Shown here: positions 58,430 through 64,000 of the stretch, piece after piece | How the letters are laid out: each line of letters begins with the position of its first letter | Position numbering within the stretch: the stretch's first letter is position 1 | Source of the DNA: Actinomycetales bacterium | GTDB taxonomy: Bacteria; Actinomycetota; Actinomycetes; S36-B12 | Direction: 5' to 3' | Assembly: GCA_018970025.1 (NCBI GenBank) | Contig: JAGWXF010000004.1 | Location: 63,485-127,484 of the forward strand | Length of the DNA: 64,000 nucleotides | Notes under the pieces: generated by a model | Databases searched by the model: none | What the model was told of the DNA's origin: nothing | The model's input: only the letters and a program-made list of their open reading frames with translations | Translations under genes and position numbers: made by a program

Positions 58430-60268
58430 TCACACGTTGGGAGCCGGCAGGCTCATCGTTGCCTCAAGCGTGCTCCCACCGCCGGGGTTTGGGATCAATC
58501 GCCAACGATCCGGGCACGTGTCATCAAGCATGGCCATCCCCAGGCCGGGCGTGACGTCGCGCAGGCCGGTGCCGTCATCGACGACGAGCACCATGATGCC
58601 CGGCCCATCCGCGAAGTCCGCCACGTTCACGGCAATGGAGATGTTCGGTGCCTCGCCATGCCTGATGGCATTGCAGATGCCCTCCTCCACGATGTCACCG
58701 ATCGTCCGCGCTGCCTCGCCGGTCACCGAGCCGATGGACGCTGAGACGAAGACCGTGATATTCGCGATGCCCTGCCAGAGAGCTACCTTGGCATGCACGA
58801 GCTCGGTGAGGGTGGCATTCGCCGGCTCAACCAGGACCGGCATTCGTGCCTCGGTGAGGATCAGGCGCGCCTGGATGATGGCACGCGAGTAGGCCTCATC
58901 ATCCTGTCGTGCGGCTGCGAGCTCCAGGGAGGCGATGCACGCGGTCAACTTCGACTGCACGGCACCATGCAGGTAGCGCGCTGCCTGCTGGGTCATCGAG
59001 GCGATGATCTCCGCGCGGGCCAGCAGGGTGATTCGAGCGGCGTCAAGCTCATCGGAGTAGATCCTCAGCAGCTCGGCCTGCGGTGAACGCCAGCGGCCGA
59101 TGCCTGAGGTGAGCCAGACCACGCACCCGCTCATCAGGATCGACACCAGTGCGTGAACAAGGTACGCAGGCGTCACCTGCGCGCCAACCACGAGCTCAAC
59201 GGCAAGGGTCGGGACCTGTAGCACGAAGAAGGCCACGACGAAGATCGCGGCGTGGTGGGTGGGCAGTCGGCGCATGAGCACATTAGCCGTGCCGAGGATC
59301 AGGAAGATCAGTCCCACCCCGGAGATCGCCGTCGCCAGCGCCGCCTCCAGGCCTGAGGACGTCCACCGATCGGCCACGACGGTCAGCATGAAGATCCCGC
59401 TGACCGCACCAGGTCGGAACGACTGGAAGCGGGCAACGCCGGTGATGAAGGCGAGCACCCAGATGGGTCGGCGCGCCTGCCGGGACTGCCGGGCAAGCCG
59501 CTTGCTGAATGGCCGCACACTGGACTCGTTGAGTTCCCTGAGGATCTCGACGGCGGAGAGTGCCTTCCCCGCACGATCGAGCGACTCCTGCTCGGCCAGC
59601 CTCATCCGTGACTCATCGAACTTCGGTGCCAGCTCGGACTCCACGTCTCGATGCAGGGCGATTCTCAGCTCGTCCAGGAAGGCGGCCTGGGATGCCTGGC
59701 TGAGTGCGAGTCGAGCAGCTCGCTGCACGAGTGCATTGCGTTCGGCCCGCACCCTCGTCCAACCGTCATAGGTCAGACCGACGATGACAGCCATCCAAGG
59801 CGCGACGGTGATGGCTGTGAGCAGCCGCACTGCAGGCGGGACGACGCTGATGAATCCGGTGAGCGGCAGCAGCGCCTCGAGGATGATCTCGACCACCAGA
59901 CCGCCGATGGCGTACACCCCGATGAACCGAGCGGCGGAGGCCCGGGCTCGACGGCTTGAGAAACGCACTTCGCCCCAGACCCACAGGCCGGTGATCGCTC
60001 CGCCCAGGAGGCACACCGCAGCGAGCGCCGTGACGGACTGCCAGGTCAATGGGTCGGGCGGACGAATGGCATTCGGCGACAGGACGAACAGGACGAAGAA
60101 CAGGAAGAGGCTGGCGCCGAGGCCACATGTCACGGCGAGTCGACGGATCGTGGCATCCTGACGTTCCCTTGAGCGTAGCCGATCGGCCAGGGAAGCGACG
60201 GCCAGGTGCGGCCCGGCATCGACCGTGATGTGCTCAGTCATGCGAGCTGGCACGAGCGACGCTCCCAT
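58430..60268 (-). CDS. Membrane sensor histidine kinase-like protein (NarX/HisKA_3 type)
   Basis: Two TM blocks; H-box-like AARYLHGAVQSKL, N-box EEGICNAIRHG, VVDDGTG, GLGMAML; start uncertain. Confidence 0.78.
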   Translation of the reverse strand: MGASLVPARMTEHITVDAGPHLAVASLADRLRSRERQDATIRRLAVTCGLGASLFLFFVLFVLSPNAIRPPDPLTWQSVTALAAVCLLGGAITGLWVWGEVRFSSRRARASAARFIGVYAIGGLVVEIILEALLPLTGFISVVPPAVRLLTAITVAPWMAVIVGLTYDGWTRVRAERNALVQRAARLALSQASQAAFLDELRIALHRDVESELAPKFDESRMRLAEQESLDRAGKALSAVEILRELNESSVRPFSKRLARQSRQARRPIWVLAFITGVARFQSFRPGAVSGIFMLTVVADRWTSSGLEAALATAISGVGLIFLILGTANVLMRRLPTHHAAIFVVAFFVLQVPTLAVELVVGAQVTPAYLVHALVSILMSGCVVWLTSGIGRWRSPQAELLRIYSDELDAARITLLARAEIIASMTQQAARYLHGAVQSKLTACIASLELAAARQDDEAYSRAIIQARLILTEARMPVLVEPANATLTELVHAKVALWQGIANITVFVSASIGSVTGEAARTIGDIVEEGICNAIRHGEAPNISIAVNVADFADGPGIMVLVVDDGTGLRDVTPGLGMAMLDDTCPDRWRLIPNPGGGSTLEATMSLPAPNV

Positions 60269-60334
60269 CTCATCAGTCCGCCCCGCACCCGCAGCCCCGC
60301 GGGAGGAGTCACAACCAAGCAGCAGCAACTCCGC

Positions 60335-60976
60335 TCAGCGGAATTCGGCAAGGCCGGCAATGAAGGCATAGTAGGCCTGGGTAATCAAGACTCGGGGGTT
60401 GCGCTGCTCGGTGACCTTGAGATCGAGCTGATCCAGCAGGCGGGTCACGGCCTTTGCGACCGACTTCTCCTCTATATGCCGCTCCTTGGCGATTTCGGCA
60501 TTGGTGTACCCGGCTGCTACCAGTCGCATGATCTCGATCTGGCCGTCTCGCAACTTCAAGGCCACAGACCGTGCCGCGATCGGTGCGGTCGAGGGGCCTG
60601 TCGAGGATGCCAGGGAAAGATCGATGGCCGAGGAGAGCACCGCCGGGTCATTCAGCGTTCGCTTGACCATGAAGACCGATCCCGGAGGCAGTGGCCGGAA
60701 ATCCCCGATGAGCCGGACATCGATATACGAGGTCAGCATGAGGATGCCCAGGCCTGGCAGCATCCTGCGCACTGCGTGCGCGACGTCCAGGCCGGTTGGC
60801 CCACGGCCGAGGTCGAGGTCCACGATGAGCGCGTCTGGCCGGAGCGCCCGGACGCACGCAATCCCCTCAGCACTGGCCGCAGCATCGCCGACGACCTCGT
60901 GGCCGAGTTCGCGCAACTGGCTGCACAGCAGCATGCGAGTGAAGCCGTCGTCCTCGACGACAACCAATCGGGCCAT
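60335..60976 (-). CDS. NarL/LuxR-family response regulator
   Basis: VVEDD, LIVDLDLG.GPTG, MLTSY, LVAAGYTNAEIA. Confidence 0.88.
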   Translation of the reverse strand: MARLVVVEDDGFTRMLLCSQLRELGHEVVGDAAASAEGIACVRALRPDALIVDLDLGRGPTGLDVAHAVRRMLPGLGILMLTSYIDVRLIGDFRPLPPGSVFMVKRTLNDPAVLSSAIDLSLASSTGPSTAPIAARSVALKLRDGQIEIMRLVAAGYTNAEIAKERHIEEKSVAKAVTRLLDQLDLKVTEQRNPRVLITQAYYAFIAGLAEFR

Positions 60977-61023
60977 CACCCGGCTCGCCAGGATCGAGCC
61001 GTCATGTGGCCGTACGGGAGCAG

Positions 61024-61446
61024 TCAGGCATCCGGGGCTGCGGTCGTCGGCTTCGGGTCGGCAGCGAAGCCCGCCCAGATAGCGGCAACGAGGCCCATGA
61101 GGTAAGCGAGGGCGGCCAGGCCGATGACCACGGCAGCCACGACTTCGCCGGAGCCCGACAGGCCGATGACGAAGATGATGCCGAGGACCACGGATCCGAC
61201 GATCCCGACCATGCCCAGGAGCCCTGGGAGTCGGGCGCCTCGATTCAGGGCCTTGACCGACGTGATGAGAGCGAGGACACCAGCGACAATCAGGCCGATC
61301 AGCATGACAGGCACGCTGAACAACAGGAAGACCCATCCCGCGTCACCACCGCCGTCCTGGCTTCCGGAGAAGAGGAGGATCGGACTGACGCCGATCAGCA
61401 CGCTGATGACCGCGATGGCCAGTGCGATCCAGCCCAGAGCCTTCAT
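61024..61446 (-). CDS. Hypothetical four-TM membrane protein
   Basis: MKALGWIALAIAV... after a GAAGGG RBS. Confidence 0.7.
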   Translation of the reverse strand: MKALGWIALAIAVISVLIGVSPILLFSGSQDGGGDAGWVFLLFSVPVMLIGLIVAGVLALITSVKALNRGARLPGLLGMVGIVGSVVLGIIFVIGLSGSGEVVAAVVIGLAALAYLMGLVAAIWAGFAADPKPTTAAPDA

Positions 61447-61499
61447 GTCAACACCCTTCGGTAGGTGAACTGCTGATGGTGCATTGCGTCTGCGGTGAG

Positions 61500-61543
61500 T
61501 GAACATGGGCCCGAGACGACGGCACGCCGCGGGCCCATGTTCA
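61500..61543. terminator. 14-bp stem-loop downstream of the lipoprotein cluster
   Basis: tgaacatgggcccg-N16-cgggcccatgttca. Confidence 0.6.
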
Positions 61544-61546
61544 TCT

Positions 61547-62401
61547 TCAGAAGGCTCGGATTGGATGGACGGTAGCGGGGTCGGTCTTGACCGTGCCGAT
61601 GCCGCCATTGCCCTCCGTCATCGGAACGCCCCCGTTGTAGGCGGCATTGGGGCCGATGAAGTCCGGGTCGGCCTGGGATGACGTCCAGTATACCCAGCCA
61701 TTGTTGAGGCCGTTCCACACCTGGGTGGTGCCGGTGTCGTACATCGGACGGGCCAGCAGCATGAACTCGCCCATCGAGGGCAGGTACCAGTCGTCCTGGC
61801 CACCACCGGTGTACGCACTGGCGACACCCGCGGCCGTGGCCGGCCCACACGCCTCCACGATCGCCCGCGTGTTGGCCAGGCCCGTGCCGATCGTCGTGCT
61901 GAAGGCGTCATAGGTACCGCCGTCAGTGCTCACGGTCGCGAACCCAGGCTGGTCCTCCATGCACCAGACCCCGATCGGGTCGTCCGCCTGGCCGCTCCAT
62001 CCGGCAGGGGCGCCTTCAAGGGCGGTGCAGGTAGCGCCTTCGTCGCAGGCGAAGCCCGCCGGATCGACGTAGAACACCAGGCCGCCGCCAGGGCCGGTGT
62101 TGCCGAGCTGGCACGGCACCGAACTGCCGTCGCAGGTCACGGCGGCCGCGGCAGCCGCAGCAGCACTGTCGGCAAGCGTCCCGACGACAGCCGGGTTCAC
62201 GCTGCCCGTTGAGTCGCCACTCGTCGATCCGGTATCGGTCGAGCCGCCACTCGTCGATCCGGTATCGGTCGACGCGCTACCAGGGGATGAACTGTCCGCA
62301 CTGGAGGCGCCCCCGCAGCCCGCAAGGAGCAGGGTGGCGGCCAGCGCCAGCACCCCGCCGACGGCCAGGGGTGAGGGCATGCGGAGATGAGAACTCTTCA
62401 T
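61547..62401 (-). CDS. Lipoprotein with DUF1566/Lcl-like C-terminal domain
   Basis: Lipobox LAGC; GNTGPGGGLVFY, IGTGLANTRAI, GGQDDWYLPSMGE, YWTSSQ, VHPIRAF; GAAAGG RBS. Confidence 0.78.
   Translation of the reverse strand: MKSSHLRMPSPLAVGGVLALAATLLLAGCGGASSADSSSPGSASTDTGSTSGGSTDTGSTSGDSTGSVNPAVVGTLADSAAAAAAAAVTCDGSSVPCQLGNTGPGGGLVFYVDPAGFACDEGATCTALEGAPAGWSGQADDPIGVWCMEDQPGFATVSTDGGTYDAFSTTIGTGLANTRAIVEACGPATAAGVASAYTGGGQDDWYLPSMGEFMLLARPMYDTGTTQVWNGLNNGWVYWTSSQADPDFIGPNAAYNGGVPMTEGNGGIGTVKTDPATVHPIRAF
62215..62272. repeat. 30-bp-period direct repeat (STDTGSTSG x2)
   Basis: cgccactcgtcgatccggtatcggtcga at 62215 and 62245. Confidence 0.85.
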
Positions 62402-62465
62402 GTCGAGCCTTTCTTTTCGAGTTGGCATGCACGTTCAGTTGCGTGGTCATCCATAGTCGACAGAT

Positions 62466-62987
62466 TCATCCCTGGTCCGCACAGCGCTCCTGCCGGAGGG
62501 CATCAAGGTCGATGATGAAAGCCTCGAAGAATGCGTTCCATTCGTCCAGGGTGGACTTGGGGTAGTTGTCGGCGGCCGACTGCGCAGATCCGTCCATCGT
62601 CTCCTGACGAAGCCTTCCCTCATCCCACCCGCACCACTCGGCCACCGCATCCGGATCAGTGCCCGATCCAAGCGTGGCCAGGATCTCGGCGCTCACCGCT
62701 GGATCCCAGGCCTGGAGCAGGTCGGCCCAGTCGCTGTCGGGCACCCCAGTCGGGCGAGGTGGGTCGAAGTTGCCGACAGCGGCGGTAGGCGCGGGTTCGG
62801 CGGAATCGAGCGAAGCCTGCGGCTGTGCACTCGCTTCCTCTACGGTGGGCACGATGCTCACCGACGGTGAGGCTCCCGTGCTGGCTGCGCCCCCGCAACC
62901 GGTGAGCTGCACGGAGAGCGTCAGGACGGCGAGGCTGAGCATGACACGGCCCACGCGTGGAAGTCGCTGAAATCCGCGTGCCTGCAT
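62466..62987 (-). CDS. Lipoprotein, paralog A of a tandem family
   Basis: Lipobox LTGC; FDPPRPTGVPDSDWA...WC...YPKSTLDEWNAFF...C. Confidence 0.75.
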   Translation of the reverse strand: MQARGFQRLPRVGRVMLSLAVLTLSVQLTGCGGAASTGASPSVSIVPTVEEASAQPQASLDSAEPAPTAAVGNFDPPRPTGVPDSDWADLLQAWDPAVSAEILATLGSGTDPDAVAEWCGWDEGRLRQETMDGSAQSAADNYPKSTLDEWNAFFEAFIIDLDALRQERCADQG

Positions 62988-62993
62988 GACGGC

Positions 62994-63449
62994 CTACCCG
63001 CGATTCGCGCAGAGCTGCTGCCGGTGATCTTCCAGTCGGGCGAAGGAGTAGTCGAAGAAGGCAGTCCATTCCTCGAGGGTGGAGTCGGGATACTCGGCCG
63101 CGGCGTTCTCCGGGAGGCCGCCGATCGTCTCCTCGCGGACGGTTGCCTCGTCCTTCGCACAGTACCCGGCCAGGATCTCCTCGTCCGCGCCTTCCATGAA
63201 GCCGGTCGGGTCCCAGGTGGTCAGGTAGGCGGCCCAGTCGCTGTCAGGGACGCCAGTCGGACGGGGCGGATCGAAGTCACTGGATGCGGTGGCCGGTCCG
63301 CTCGCCATGGCCTCGGATGACGCAGCGGCACTCCCCGACGGTTCGGCGGAGGATCCTGCACACCCGGACAGGAGCACCGCGCTGGCCAAGGCCAGCAACC
63401 CTACGAGTGTCATGCCCGTGCGTGGTGCACGTGCCGGGTTGGACTGCAT
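62994..63449 (-). CDS. Lipoprotein, paralog B
   Basis: Lipobox LSGC; FDPPRPTGVPDSDWA...YC...YPDSTLEEWTAFF...C. Confidence 0.75.
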   Translation of the reverse strand: MQSNPARAPRTGMTLVGLLALASAVLLSGCAGSSAEPSGSAAASSEAMASGPATASSDFDPPRPTGVPDSDWAAYLTTWDPTGFMEGADEEILAGYCAKDEATVREETIGGLPENAAAEYPDSTLEEWTAFFDYSFARLEDHRQQLCANRG

Positions 63450-63552
63450 CCTGGACTCCCGTTCGATGGCGGCGGCGTTCCCGAGGTGCCGTGGCAGCAC
63501 TCGCCGATGCCACGGCACCTGCACCGCACTGACTCCTGGGTCAGGCGCCGAA

Positions 63553-64000
63553 TCAGCCTGCGTCTTCCGCAGGGATGTCAGCGCAGACCGTGTTCCGGGC
63601 GATCGCCGCCTGGTCACGACCCCAGTCCAGGAGGGCGATCCACTCCTCGACCGTGGATTCTGGGTTCTGGGTCGCGAGGTCTTCTGCAAACGCCTGCAGT
63701 TCCTCGTCTGTCTTCGCCGGCTTCTGGCAGTCGGTGGCGACCTCTTCAGGCGTCTTCGCTTGGGCCTCCGCGATCATGGCGTCCGCGTTGCCCAGCGATT
63801 CCACGAGGGTCGCCCAATCTTCGTCGGTAAGGCCGCTCGGGCGCGGCGGCTCAGAGCTGACCGCTTCGGCGCTCGCTGCTTGGGCATTGTCCGCAGCCGT
63901 TGACTCGGTGCTGGTCCCGCCGCCGCAGCCCGCAAGGAGCAGGGTGCTTGCCAGCGCCAAAGTCCCGCCGATCGCGATGCCGGTGCTCCGTACGCGGGCT
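63553..64000 (-). CDS. Lipoprotein, paralog C (5' end probably outside the window)
   Basis: Lipobox LAGC; EPPRPSGLTDEDWA...DC...NPESTVEEWIALL...C. Confidence 0.72.
   Translation of the reverse strand, partial: ARVRSTGIAIGGTLALASTLLLAGCGGGTSTESTAADNAQAASAEAVSSEPPRPSGLTDEDWATLVESLGNADAMIAEAQAKTPEEVATDCQKPAKTDEELQAFAEDLATQNPESTVEEWIALLDWGRDQAAIARNTVCADIPAEDAG

Noticed and set aside
1-64000. tRNA/rRNA genes, transposases, integrases, prophage genes
   Set aside because: No recognisable motifs were seen by eye; a covariance/HMM scan is needed to exclude them formally.

Overview
High-GC actinobacterial chromosome segment, judged from the glnR-mshD synteny, glgC/glgM, a 6C-type sRNA and frequent leaderless starts. 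1-17 kb is core and phosphate/storage metabolism (thioredoxin, glnR, mshD, ppk1, CYTH-CHAD, NUDIX, pstSCAB, glgC, glgM). 17-36 kb holds envelope, secreted and transport genes plus a probable 6C RNA. The most notable locus is 36.4-47.3 kb: a divergent, IclR-associated aromatic cluster. It combines a split phenylphosphate-synthase-like dikinase (PpsA/PpsB, CreH/CreI type), a Rieske oxygenase and Rieske ferredoxin, two tandem catechol 2,3-dioxygenases, three phosphatases and two unknown proteins. This suggests an aerobic 'phosphorylate-oxygenate-dephosphorylate-meta-cleave' phenolic pathway that I do not recognise as described. 49-55 kb is an inositol-type sugar catabolic locus with a clear promoter and LacI-type operator. 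55-64 kb is an accessory region with pseudogene relics (PspC/LiaF-like, SDR, Fic), a two-component pair and a tandem lipoprotein paralog array. I saw no tRNA, rRNA, CRISPR array or transposase. All calls come from motif recognition by eye; no database searches were run.
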